In this document: piece after piece, positions 37,812-48,200 of the stretch
How the letters are laid out: every line of letters begins with the position of its first letter
How positions within the stretch are numbered: position 1 is the first letter of the stretch
Source: Sedimentisphaerales bacterium
GTDB taxonomy: Bacteria; Planctomycetota; Phycisphaerae; Sedimentisphaerales; SM23-30
Strand: one strand, 5' to 3'
DNA: 64,000 nucleotides
Assembly: GCA_963666285.1 (NCBI GenBank)
Contig: OY762711.1
The notes under the pieces: generated by a model
Told to the model about the DNA's origin: nothing
The model's database searches: none
The model's input: the letters and a program-made list of their open reading frames with translations, nothing else
Made by a program: the position numbers and the translations under genes

Positions 37812-37869
37812 TGTTCTACCTCTGGCTCACTGTTGGAGCTGCCAAAAAAAGTAATAAAAGTCCCTAGTT

Positions 37870-38409
37870 TTAATTGAAAGTGATTTTTCCAGAAACAGGT
37901 TCGATATTCAAGGTTGTAGTTTCGGTTTTTGCAGTTAATATAATTTGTCCACTGGTAAGTGAAGTCTTATTTGTAATTGGTCCGCTATAAGGCATTCCGA
38001 GCCTGTCAAACCACAGGATATTTGTTCCGTCAAAATCAGCCTGTGTGATAACAACCCTGTTGAAATTCTGGTCCAGGCTGAATTGCCGTTTAAGTTTATA
38101 CTTATCCGGTTCAGTTGTGCCGCTTGGGGCCGTTTTGCTAGGGTCGTCAATCAGGTTGCCATTTTCATCAGATACCTCAAATTTATTGTTAACAGTGTCG
38201 AATGTAATCTGATATCCCTGCTGGCTGGATATCGCCAGGTTTTGAGTATACATGATTATGGAGTTAAGTTCTCTGGCAGCAGCAGTTAATTGAAAAGTAC
38301 TGCTATTGCCTAATGTAGGTAAAATAATACCTGCAAGAATACTCATGATAGTGATTACCATTAGTAACTCAATCAGGGTGAAAGCAGATTGTTTCCGGCA
38401 ATAGTTCAT
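37870..38409 (-). CDS. Minor pilin, FimT/GspH-like
   Basis: SA|FTLIE prepilin motif; 'AAREL.S.I.YTQNLAI', 'FDRLG.P', C-terminal 'IEPVSGKI'. Confidence 0.85.
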   Translation of the reverse strand: MNYCRKQSAFTLIELLMVITIMSILAGIILPTLGNSSTFQLTAAARELNSIIMYTQNLAISSQQGYQITFDTVNNKFEVSDENGNLIDDPSKTAPSGTTEPDKYKLKRQFSLDQNFNRVVITQADFDGTNILWFDRLGMPYSGPITNKTSLTSGQIILTAKTETTTLNIEPVSGKITFN

Positions 38410-38437
38410 ATATTTACATACTTAAAAAAGAAATTAT

Positions 38438-38758
38438 TTATTTACGTCTGAAAGTTACTTTGCTATCAGGATCTAATGCTGGTTTAGACTTTGCTTCCTT
38501 GTCTTTTTCAATGATTTCTACTTTTAGTGTTTTGCTGCTGAGTATCTCGGCTATTAATTCAAGCGATGCTTTGTTGTCAGCCGTTAAATTAATTAACTCA
38601 TTGAATTGCTGACCGGAGTCAGGTATGCCCTGGTTAGCTGCCATAGCGGAATTACTCATGTCAGGAGACTGGGTCCAAAGCGGGATTGCGATAAAGGTTA
38701 GTAATACCGCAATAACAGTCAGAAGTATTCGTGTATAATTGTCCATTACAACAACCAT
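38438..38758 (-). CDS. Small single-TM protein in pilin cluster (ORF track start 38800)
   Basis: GGAGA RBS before ATG 38758; DNYTRILLTVIAVLLTFIAIPLW TM segment. Confidence 0.7.
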   Translation of the reverse strand: MVVVMDNYTRILLTVIAVLLTFIAIPLWTQSPDMSNSAMAANQGIPDSGQQFNELINLTADNKASLELIAEILSSKTLKVEIIEKDKEAKSKPALDPDSKVTFRRK

Positions 38759-38771
38759 AATTATTCTCCGT

Positions 38772-39317
38772 TTAATATTTTGAATATGGTTTACCTTCAA
38801 AGCCGTTACCTTGCAGGTCTGCGATAAATGTCAGGGTGGATGGTATATATATCCAGCCGCTGGTGCCTGGGCACTGGTTAGGAACCGCATTCATTATGGT
38901 AACGGACGACATGTTATTGATCGGGTTTTCCGGAATCCTACTTAAATAGGGGCCAAAACAAAATTGATTCGTCCTGGTATTATTGGTATTTCCGTTAATA
39001 TCGGAAAAACCGGTAAGATGTTCCGCGAATAAAGTGGAATCAGCAGTATTTGAAGAGTCAACGCCGGGGGGGGTATCAAGATGCTGTAAAGCATAAATGC
39101 TGATTTGAGTTCTTATATTTCTCAAATCTTCTTTCAGCATACTGTCTCTCGTTTCTTCTGTAGCAGAGCTGAAACGCGGTACGATAATTGAAGCAAGGGT
39201 TCCAAGGATAATAACTACTATTAAAATTTCAACAAGAGTAAATCCTTTTAGACATCTGTAATTATTCTGTCTGAATATGATCGAATGATTGCTTGAGTTT
39301 TGTCTAAAGATTTGCAT
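38772..39317 (-). CDS. Type IV pilin / pseudopilin (ORF track start 39353)
   Basis: KG|FTLVEILIVVIILG; GPYLSRIPENP; paralog of 39462-39905. Confidence 0.88.
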   Translation of the reverse strand: MQIFRQNSSNHSIIFRQNNYRCLKGFTLVEILIVVIILGTLASIIVPRFSSATEETRDSMLKEDLRNIRTQISIYALQHLDTPPGVDSSNTADSTLFAEHLTGFSDINGNTNNTRTNQFCFGPYLSRIPENPINNMSSVTIMNAVPNQCPGTSGWIYIPSTLTFIADLQGNGFEGKPYSKY

Positions 39318-39383
39318 GTTTTCCCCACTGTCTGCCCCTGTGATTGATAACATGTTGATTTAAGAGTTTACTTAGTTTACATT

Positions 39384-39416
39384 AAAGAACCCGGCAGGTA
39401 TTGCACTGCCGGGCTC
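39384..39416 (-). terminator. Terminator/attenuating hairpin after first pilin
   Basis: Minus strand GAGCCCGGCAG-tgcaatac-CTGCCGGGTTC-TTT. Confidence 0.65.
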
Positions 39417-39461
39417 CATATTGCATTTTGACTGTATCGTTATAGTCAGTAAGTGTTTATG

Positions 39462-39905
39462 TTATTCAACCAATGCACCTGAAACAATAGCACCAGTATC
39501 TGTATCGATAATCCAGTGGCATGTTGCCGGAGATTCAGGTGTGCCTGAATTTGAAAAGATTGTTTCAACACTAGCAGCACGAGGATTTGTCGGGACGTTC
39601 TGCATATATGGTCCAAGAGTACCGCTAGCAGCACCTTCTGCTGTAGTTTTAGTAGTCAGCTGAGTTATAATGTCAGCACTGGAAAAGGTTGTTGCAATTT
39701 CCCAAGGATACTGGTCATTATGTTGTGCTTTATAAAGTTCGAACTGTGCTCTCATTGCCTGCAAGTTACTTTCAATTGCTGAGTCGCGAGCACCTTCGGA
39801 AGCGTCTGTGAATTGTGGTATGATAATAGCTGCCAAAATACCAAGAATAATTACTACGATAAGAATTTCAACCAGTGTAAAACCTTTTGTTCTTTTTGTC
39901 ATCAT
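39462..39905 (-). CDS. Type IV pilin, probable major pilin
   Basis: KG|FTLVEILIVVIILGILAAIIIPQF; GPYMQNVPTNP; first gene of cluster, GGAG RBS, own terminator. Confidence 0.9.
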   Translation of the reverse strand: MMTKRTKGFTLVEILIVVIILGILAAIIIPQFTDASEGARDSAIESNLQAMRAQFELYKAQHNDQYPWEIATTFSSADIITQLTTKTTAEGAASGTLGPYMQNVPTNPRAASVETIFSNSGTPESPATCHWIIDTDTGAIVSGALVE

Positions 39906-40402
39906 TTTAATGATCTCCAGAAAATAAAATATTAATTAATTTACTACTAAAAATGTTTAACATTAAATGAACTGAAAAGGCTTACTCTTTAATAGCCGCG
40001 AGCATAAAAAATAGGTTTCCCCCTTTCTTGATTCGGTCGAAAGTCAGTTCGCTTCGTACCTGTTTGCTCATAATCCTGAAATGCTATTTTTTTGTTAAAA
40101 CAACTTAATTTACTTATTTACTTGTAGGCTGTTCGATAACAACCATCAATTTCAATGTATAATTTATTGAGGTAACAGGCAATTCATTTTAGCTGTTTTT
40201 CTTAGTTTTTTTATTTTACCAGCGCAGTGTAACTTGAATAACCGTTACAGGTATAATAGAAATGGTAAATAGTAACGGGAGGCTGTTAAAATATACTGAT
40301 TATTCAGGTATATCAGCGGAATTGACGCGGAAAGAAGGCGTATATAAAGAAATGGTCCTTAGAGTATAGACATACATTATATACAGGTCAAAATGCAGTT
40401 TT

Positions 40403-41560
40403 TTACAGGCAGAGGGTTAGGATTTCGCCAACCTCTTTATGGCCGATGTTCTGATGTTCGCCAACAATAGTGTTTCTTTGTTTAAAGCGATCAGAAACTT
40501 TTGCAATATCATCTTTACAGATATTATAGTCAGCCAGGGATGTCGGCATTCCAACAGAGTGGAAAAATTCTACCGTTCTTTCGATTGCCAGAACGGCGTT
40601 TTCATCATTGGTGTCATGGTTCAGATTCCATACTCTCTCGCCGAATTTTGCCAGTTTTTCCTTTTTGTTTTCAAACTGATGTTTCCATACACCGGGAAGA
40701 ACCACCGCGAGAGATTCTGCATGGGCAAGTCCCCAAAATGCAGTTAGTTCGTGACCTATCATATGAGTTGACCAGTCACCAACAGCACCGCATGCAATTG
40801 TGCCGTTTAAGGCCTGGGTGGTGCACCACATGTAACCGGCCAAAGCATTGTAGTCTTTATTTTGTGCCAGCACGCGATCGGCCAGCTCAACCAGAGTATT
40901 TAATATCGCTTCTGCCTGGCGATCCTGCAGCGGGGTTTCAATATCATATGTGATATATTGCTCTACGACATGTACAAAAGCATCTACAATACCATTCCGC
41001 AATTGATTTTTAGGAATTGAATATGTAGTTTCCGGATCAAGTATTGAAAATGTCGGGTAAACTGCAGAGCTGGCAAAAGCCAGCTTCTCATCAGAGCTTT
41101 TTCGGGATATTACCGAGTTTGCGTTCATTTCAGTTCCAGTTGCAGGCATTGTTAATACGCAGCCGAAAGGCATAGCCTCGCTTACATTCGTCCCATGGTT
41201 TACGAGAATTTCCCATGGGGCTGAACCTTCGCATTTGGAGGCCGCAGCGATAAATTTAACAGCATCTATTACAGAACCGCCGCCGACACCTAGAAGAAAC
41301 CCTATATTCTCTTCTTTAATAATATCAACGGCTTGCATACATGTTTCGAAAAGAGGATTTGGTTCTATTCCACTGAATTCGATATGTTCTTTGCCTGAAA
41401 GAGCAGATATAACCTGGTCATAGACACCATTTTTCCTGATTGAACCGCCGCCATAGCAGAGCATGACTTTGGTATCTGAAGGGATCAGGTTGGCTAATTG
41501 AGAGATAGTGTTTTTGCCGAAAACGATATTGACAGGATTGCAGAAATTAAAATTATTCAT
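40403..41560 (-). CDS. Iron-containing alcohol dehydrogenase (YqhD/Bdh-like)
   Basis: YGGGS, GIEPNP, VGGGSVID, TMPATGTE, DAFVHVVEQY, HMIGHELTA...HAESLA. Confidence 0.93.
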   Translation of the reverse strand: MNNFNFCNPVNIVFGKNTISQLANLIPSDTKVMLCYGGGSIRKNGVYDQVISALSGKEHIEFSGIEPNPLFETCMQAVDIIKEENIGFLLGVGGGSVIDAVKFIAAASKCEGSAPWEILVNHGTNVSEAMPFGCVLTMPATGTEMNANSVISRKSSDEKLAFASSAVYPTFSILDPETTYSIPKNQLRNGIVDAFVHVVEQYITYDIETPLQDRQAEAILNTLVELADRVLAQNKDYNALAGYMWCTTQALNGTIACGAVGDWSTHMIGHELTAFWGLAHAESLAVVLPGVWKHQFENKKEKLAKFGERVWNLNHDTNDENAVLAIERTVEFFHSVGMPTSLADYNICKDDIAKVSDRFKQRNTIVGEHQNIGHKEVGEILTLCL

Positions 41561-41642
41561 AATAGACTTCCTTTCGATTGTTTATCAACAACTGAATTTT
41601 TGACAATAGTACAGGCAGTCTGAGTCAGGCAGGAATAATTAT

Positions 41643-42467
41643 TTATTTACCGCAGTAGTCGATAAGCCGGGCAAGTTCAGAACGCATTTCCTTGCGATGG
41701 ACAATCATGTCAACAAAACCATGGTCCATGAGGAATTCTGCCCTCTGAAAACCTTCCGGTAGCTTAACTTTGATTGTCTGCCATATTGTCCTTGGCCCGG
41801 CAAAGCAAATAAGAGCCTTGGGTTCAGCTATAATAATATCAGCCAGCATAGCAAAACTTGCTGTGACGCCGCCTGATGTTGGATCTGCCATAACAGAGAT
41901 ATATAGTCCGCCTGATTCATGCAGTTTTGCAACAGCAGCACTGGTTTTTGCCATTTGCATCAGGCTCAAGGCTCCTTCCTGCATACGGGCACCACCAGAA
42001 CAGGTTACAGTGATAACCGGCAGTTGTTGTTCCGTGGCAAATTCAATTGCCTTAGCAATTTTTTCACCTACAACAGAACCCATTGACCCCATCATGAAAT
42101 CAGGATCAAGGACACCTAATACAACCGGTCGACCTTTTATGAATCCTTTACCAATGACAGCGGCGTCGTTGATGCCTGTTTTCTTTCTCATGCCGGCGAT
42201 GCGATCTTTGTAGCTTTTACTATCTACAAAACTAAGTGGGTCAACGGCAACCATATCAGCAAACATTTCTTCGAAGGTACCTTCATCGCAAAGCTGGTTG
42301 ATTCTGGCATGAGCCGGCACGCGAAAGTGATGGTCGCATTCTGGACATATGCAGCTGTTTTCCTGCATACTTCGGGTGAAGATAGTTTTTTTACAGCCCG
42401 GGCATTTAGTCCATAAGCCTTCGGGCATGTCTCTTTTCAGTGTTTGTTTAGATTGGTCTTGATTCAT
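41643..42467 (-). CDS. accD: Acetyl-CoA carboxylase carboxyltransferase beta subunit
   Basis: GLWTKCPGC...CPEC zinc finger, GSMGSVVGEK, SGGARMQEG, GGVTASFA, FAGPR. Confidence 0.97.
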   Translation of the reverse strand: MNQDQSKQTLKRDMPEGLWTKCPGCKKTIFTRSMQENSCICPECDHHFRVPAHARINQLCDEGTFEEMFADMVAVDPLSFVDSKSYKDRIAGMRKKTGINDAAVIGKGFIKGRPVVLGVLDPDFMMGSMGSVVGEKIAKAIEFATEQQLPVITVTCSGGARMQEGALSLMQMAKTSAAVAKLHESGGLYISVMADPTSGGVTASFAMLADIIIAEPKALICFAGPRTIWQTIKVKLPEGFQRAEFLMDHGFVDMIVHRKEMRSELARLIDYCGK

Positions 42468-42473
42468 ATTATA

Positions 42474-43175
42474 TTAATTCAAGGCATTAACTGGGGTAGC
42501 CTTCGGCAGAGAGCCTTTTTCTGCCTCGCCTAGTTCAAATATCCTTACTTGTGAACTATTGTCTGCGATTTCCCAGAAATCTGTTGATAATTTATCTGTT
42601 AAAAGGCATTCAATTATTGCTGCTGCTATTTCAGCAACTACAATAACAATTGTCTGGCTTTTGCTTTTCTTTATTATGGAAAGAAGTGCGGTCTCTATTC
42701 TTTCTCGGCATGCGGCAAATAACTCTCCATCTGGCGGACAGATACTTTCCGGGTCGTTTCGCCATTGTTTATAGGCATTTGAGTATCTCTTCTCAATATC
42801 TCTATACCTTAAGCCTTGCCATAGACCACAGTTCAATTCTTTTAAGTCAGTGTTTTTTTTGCTTTTCAGATCGCAGAGCTCGGCCAGGTGTTCAGCAGTA
42901 GGGCCTGAAGACTCATTTCCGCTGCTGTAAATGGTTTGAGCATCGTATTGCTTTAATACAGCTGCAACTGAAACCAACGCATTTCTTCCCTGGTCGCTTA
43001 AAGGCAGGGGAAGCGTTCCCTGCAGTCTGCGTTCCGAGGCAGCGTCAGAAGAATCAGGTTTAGATATCTCGTTCTGATTATCAGTAGAATCAATATCTTC
43101 CTGACGCTCGCTTTCTGCATGGTCAGCTTCTGCCCATGCTGTGCTGCCGGATATTATCAGTATCAATTTCTTCAT
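42474..43175 (-). CDS. Histidine phosphatase-fold protein, catalytic residues degenerate
   Basis: RLQG..LPLS.QG, IYSS, LKELNCGLWQGL, PPDGE; RHG replaced by ISG. Confidence 0.75.
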   Translation of the reverse strand: MKKLILIISGSTAWAEADHAESERQEDIDSTDNQNEISKPDSSDAASERRLQGTLPLPLSDQGRNALVSVAAVLKQYDAQTIYSSGNESSGPTAEHLAELCDLKSKKNTDLKELNCGLWQGLRYRDIEKRYSNAYKQWRNDPESICPPDGELFAACRERIETALLSIIKKSKSQTIVIVVAEIAAAIIECLLTDKLSTDFWEIADNSSQVRIFELGEAEKGSLPKATPVNALN

Positions 43176-43233
43176 ACTATTAACAATAAATTAAACTACC
43201 CGAATTAGAGATACAATATGAGCTCTTTCTTAT

Positions 43234-43288
43234 AAAACAAAAGGCTGTAAAGTTAATGATCTTGATTAAATGTATAACTTCACGGCCT
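43234..43288 (-). terminator. Putative terminator after response regulator
   Basis: AGGCTGTAAAGTTA...TAACTTCACGGCCT stem, T-rich tail on minus strand. Confidence 0.5.
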
Positions 43289-43323
43289 GTTGTATTTGAT
43301 AGTTTATAAAGTTTGTATCTTCG

Positions 43324-43722
43324 CTATTTTTCGCCTTCTTCAGGAGAAAGCAAAGATTTAACCGCATCTATAAACCTTTCCATACGGAATGGTTTGTTAA
43401 GGTAAATATCAACGCCAAGAGTTTCAGCGTAAACTTTGTGCCTGGAACCCGGGTTAGCTGTGATCATAATAATCGGTGGTTTCCCGCTTTCCTTGCGTAA
43501 ACTGCGAATATTTTCCAGGATGATAAAACCACTTCTGCCTGGCAGCATCTGGTCAAGAACTAATAAGTCAGGTATTTTTTCCTGTACCATTCTTACTGCT
43601 TCGTTACCGTTACCAGTGCATCGAATGTTGACATTTAGTTCTTCTAAAGCGGCTTCCAGAGTTTCAATGATATCATCATCATCGTCTACGAGTAATACGT
43701 CTTTGCCTTCAAATTCGCTCAT
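43324..43722 (-). CDS. Single-domain response regulator
   Basis: VLLVDDD, LDQMLP, MITAN, NKPF. Confidence 0.9.
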   Translation of the reverse strand: MSEFEGKDVLLVDDDDDIIETLEAALEELNVNIRCTGNGNEAVRMVQEKIPDLLVLDQMLPGRSGFIILENIRSLRKESGKPPIIMITANPGSRHKVYAETLGVDIYLNKPFRMERFIDAVKSLLSPEEGEK

Positions 43723-43965
43723 TATAATTCCTTATCTAGTCTTTTAATAAATGATTAAGGGTTAATATTAATAATATATGGCTAATTTGTCAATATTTGC
43801 CAGTTAAAGTTTTTGTGGATAAAAAAATCAAAAAAATTGTTTTTGAAATATAAATGTTCCGATAACATATTTAGTATAGTGTTATTTGAAAGCTATTATA
43901 AGATAGTGATCAAATTAAATAGTTGTAAGTACTTTATAGTTTAGTGTTTACGGAAAAGTTTCTGT

Positions 43966-44394
43966 ATGCCGGAAGAAAATGTAGACATATCAGATCAGGC
44001 CCAGGCTGAAAATGCTGACGCTGAGATCGAACAAGAGCCGGAACTGTCGGATGAATATTCGGCAATGAAGGATATGCTGGATGGTAATACCAGTGAAGCA
44101 GCCGGTGGTGAATCACAGACGGCTCCCGAGAAGAAAATTAAAAGTATTCTTTCCATGAGAGTGCCATTAATCGTAAAGGTTGCAGAGAAAAAGATGACAA
44201 TGGAGAACGTTCTTAAGTTGTCTTTGGGAAGCATAATTCAGTTTGACAAAGACGTTTATGAAAATATTGAGCTTATGGTAAACAACCAGACTATCGGTCT
44301 GGGCCAACCAGTTAAGATAGGGGAAAATTTTGGGTTGAGATTGTTGCAGGTTGGTGATCTGGAGCATACCATAAAGAGTCTGGGTGGAAGATAG
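43966..44394 (+). CDS. fliN: Flagellar motor switch FliN/FliM C-terminal (SpoA) protein
   Basis: ILSMRVPLIVKVAEKKM...LSLGSIIQFDK...VNNQTIGLGQPVKIGENFGLR. Confidence 0.8.
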   Translation: MPEENVDISDQAQAENADAEIEQEPELSDEYSAMKDMLDGNTSEAAGGESQTAPEKKIKSILSMRVPLIVKVAEKKMTMENVLKLSLGSIIQFDKDVYENIELMVNNQTIGLGQPVKIGENFGLRLLQVGDLEHTIKSLGGR

Positions 44395-44451
44395 CGATTT
44401 TAATGCTGATTTTTGCTATTTATTTAATATTTTCTCAAATATATCCTAAAA

Positions 44452-45252
44452 TCAGTTAATTTTATCGCTAATACCATTCCATAAATCACTGAAGCCTGTC
44501 AATAGCTTAATTGCAGCTGCAGTTGCAAGAACCAGGGCGAGAATATTAAATAATCTTTGTGGGATCCTTTTGAAAAGCCATATGCCGGCATATGCACCGC
44601 AAACAACAGCTGGAAATACGCAAAGATTTATTTTCAGGGTGGAAACAGTAATCATATCTTCACTTGCCATTAGCGGCACTTTGATCCAGTTAACGATAAA
44701 GAAGAACCATGCAGCAGTTCCTATAAATTTTTGTTTGGGCATTTTCATACTGAGCAGGTACAAGGTCATTACCGGCCCGGCGGCATTGGCCATCATAGTG
44801 GTTGCACCGGCTAGCAGCCCCATTATGTTTGCATATGTTTTGCTATGTTCAATATTCTGTTTGGAATCATTTGATAATAGTGATTTTGCCCTGATAGCAA
44901 GCATGGCAAGTACAATTAATCCAATAATCGGTTTGAGCTGATAGCTTTCAATTTTAATCAAAACCAGGTATCCGGCAATAATTCCTAAAATAGCCCAGGG
45001 CAGCAGCTTTTTGAGATGGTCCCATTTGCCGTGGTGGCGGTGATGGAAGACCGCAAAAATGTCAGCCATAATTAAAATTGGTAGCAGCATTCCGACTGAC
45101 GGTTTGGCGTCAAAAGCCAAAGCCATAAGCGGAACAGCCAGAATTCCAATGCCTGGGAGGCCGGTTTTGGCGATACCGGTCATAAAAGCGCTAAGAATTA
45201 TAGCTGCCCATTGCAGATTTGAAAGTGAGTCAATAGTATAGGCAAGTATCAT
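44452..45252 (-). CDS. Sulfite exporter TauE/SafE family membrane protein (ORF track start 45297)
   Basis: GIAKTGLPG, LPILIMAD, TMMANAAGP, NWIKVP; ATG overlaps addB stop (TGATG). Confidence 0.88.
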   Translation of the reverse strand: MILAYTIDSLSNLQWAAIILSAFMTGIAKTGLPGIGILAVPLMALAFDAKPSVGMLLPILIMADIFAVFHHRHHGKWDHLKKLLPWAILGIIAGYLVLIKIESYQLKPIIGLIVLAMLAIRAKSLLSNDSKQNIEHSKTYANIMGLLAGATTMMANAAGPVMTLYLLSMKMPKQKFIGTAAWFFFIVNWIKVPLMASEDMITVSTLKINLCVFPAVVCGAYAGIWLFKRIPQRLFNILALVLATAAAIKLLTGFSDLWNGISDKIN

Positions 45253-48200
45253 CAATTCTCCAGTTTTTCTAATATTTCTTCTTTTGAATAGTCGCAAATT
45301 TCATTGTACTGGTTAAAACATCGGTCGAAACGGCAGACAGGGAAGAAATCACAATAGCTGCATGGAGTTTCGTTCTTTATCCTGTAAGGAGTTATGTCAA
45401 TTTTACCGTTTGTTAGTGCCAGGACAAGTTCCTTAATAATAAGTTTTGTGTGCTGAAGGACGGTTTGCAGCTCTTGTGGATTGACAGATGCGGTGCTGGA
45501 TTTACCGTAATAACTGCCATTTTTATATTTATAAACGCCACCCAGATGTTTGGCATGTCCGGTTTCCATACCCAGTTCCATATCATCAACCATATCACCG
45601 TTGGCAAGTCCGTGTGCTTTTGCCCCGCTTGGCGGTATAGTTGTGTCATTTGAAAGGCTATTATCCAGGATATAATCCGGTGGAGGGCCGTTTTTGCCGG
45701 AAGATGGCGGTTTGTTGATTATGGGCATATAGAACATGCCGGCAGGTGTCAGGTCCTGGCTGTTATATCCGTCGGTGACGGCGATCAGGTAGCAGGCGAG
45801 CTGCAGTTCCAGGCCATGGTAAAACTTATTCCAGTCGAAAGACCGTTCATTTGTTTTATAATCAAAGACAGCGACTGCCTTGTCAGGACCGTCCATAATG
45901 TCTATACGATCAATTATTCCCTGCAGAACCAATTTAAGATTGTCTGCAATATCAAGTTCAATGCCCTTTATTTTGCTATTTTTCATTCCAAACGTCACTT
46001 CTGCTTTAACTTGTCTGAAATTGCTTTTACGGGCAGCTGTGGCGAGTGTAACAGCAAGTTTTTTGAGATTGTGGTCTGCCTGGCTGAAAATGAATCTGTA
46101 GCGATGAGATTTTTCCAGCAGGTTGCTGATTTCACTATTAGATTGTACTTCGCCAGCTGCTTTTTCAACCAGCGAGTGTATTTCTTCATTTTCCACCATA
46201 TGCCAGTTTCTGCTGTCAGCCTTGAGATCGTTAAACATCTGGCATAGCATAGCATGGTAATATTTACCCAGATCGATAGCTTCCAGGCCGAATGGTTTGC
46301 GTTTTTCCAGTTTAAGCAAATACCTGGCAAAGAACCGGAACGGGCACTTGGCGTATTCTTCCAGTTTGGAAATACTAGATTCTATAATTTCTTTGCCGAT
46401 AAGCTTTTGAGCTGCTTCAGGTGATATAGTTGCTTTGTTTTCAGCGTTTACGCCTGATAGTACAATATCCATAAGTCCGAACTCATCAGCTTTTTTATAC
46501 AGGGCGGACCATACCGGGGGCAATTCACCGGTTATTTTGGCTTCTGATAATGCAGCTGCCAGTTCCCTGGCAAGCTGTTCGTGGTTGGTGATACGGTTTA
46601 TGTCGGGTTCGTTTCGACTGTCAGCGAGGGTTTTGACAGGGCAGGATCCAATAGCTTTTTGCAGATATTTAATAAAAGGAGACCGGTTTAGTACCTGGTC
46701 TTCGCCACCGTTTGAGGGGTAGCTAATCCAAAGATATTCGCTGGCCCTGGTAAAGGCGATATAAGCAAGGTATCGTTCGTGCAGCAGTTTAACATTGGCT
46801 GAAGGTGCGAGTTCGAACCCGTCGTCGGCAAGCAGGTCACGCTGGTTATCGGTGATAATTGCCGTTGAAGCGGTATATTTAGGGAATTTACCGTCATTCA
46901 TGCCTAAAATGAAGGCAGCTTTGATCTGCGGCTGGCGTGAACGCTCGATAGTACCTACAAGTACCTGGTCGATTGAAGGTGGGACCAGTCTAAGCGACAT
47001 TTGCGAAATTGCAGAGAAAAGCAGGTCGGTATAGTCGTGCAGAGATATTTTCATTCCTTCCAATGCGGCAACCAGTTCGTCGAGCATATCGAAAAAGTCG
47101 TTGTATATCTGGCTGTGAATCTGCTGAGTATCTAAATCACCATTTCTGGAGGCTTTTTGCTGCCATTGGTGCAGCGTTTTTCCAACTTCCAGGTCTTCTA
47201 TCAATTCAACGAGCAATTGAGTTATGGTTTCAGCAGTAAGGGTGTCGCCCTTGACATTAAGGATATTACGCATTTTAGCGATAGGTGCTATTGCCTTTCT
47301 ACGCAGTTTGTCGATATCGCTAACAGAGAAAATAATACCTTCAATTGTGGTACATTTTTTCGTAAATTCCCTGGTTTCAGTAGTCCAGTCGCTATCGATA
47401 AGCCATTGACTGCCAAACATGCCGGTGGTAATGCAATAGTTTTCGAGTGCGTCGGCTTCGCTGCGGGTAACCGGGCTCAGGTCGGTTTTCAAATAGTTGT
47501 AAATATAATCAATGCGGAAATTTTCGGTGAGCATTTCAAATACAGACCGAACAAGTTCTATCATTGGGTGATGTCGAACTTCACGTCGAATGTCCATAAA
47601 GTATGGTATTTTATGTTCTTCCAGAGCGGCGGCGAGCAGTTCGTGATACTGGTCGAGGTCGCGGAAGATTATAGCTATATCCCTGAAACGATAGTTATAT
47701 TCCCGGCATAGTTCCAGTATTTTTCTGGCTGCGGCCTCAACCTCATCTCTTAAGTTTGATGTTGAGATAATATCCATAGATATGTCGATGTCGGCCGGAT
47801 GACCTTTGGGAGTATGTTGGGAAAAAACGTTTTTTTCGATCATCTGGAGCGTCTCACTGGCGGCAAAACGCGGCATAGTCGGCTGTATCGGCAGCAAAAC
47901 CGGGGGCGTAGTTTCAATAGCATTATCCAGGCAGATGCCATTGAGTCGCTGATAAGTTTCGAGGGTAGGGTGGAACATGTGTTCAATGTCCAGTTCACTA
48001 TCCGGATCAGCAGCAAGTTTGAACTGAGGGTTGGTATGGTCCAGGTTCAGGCTTATATTGCATTGGTCGGCATGCTGCATGATAAGCCGCATTATTTTAT
48101 ACTGCTGAGGAGTGAACCCGGCGAATCCGTCGATCCAGAATTCGATGTCAGAAAAGAGATTATTCGATTTGTAAAAATTTTCAAGATGATCAAGATATTC

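Noticed and set aside
39975..40080. c-di-GMP-I (GEMM) riboswitch before the pilin
   Set aside because: GCAAAC is present but the GNRA-capped stem and GACGCAAAG/receptor elements are not
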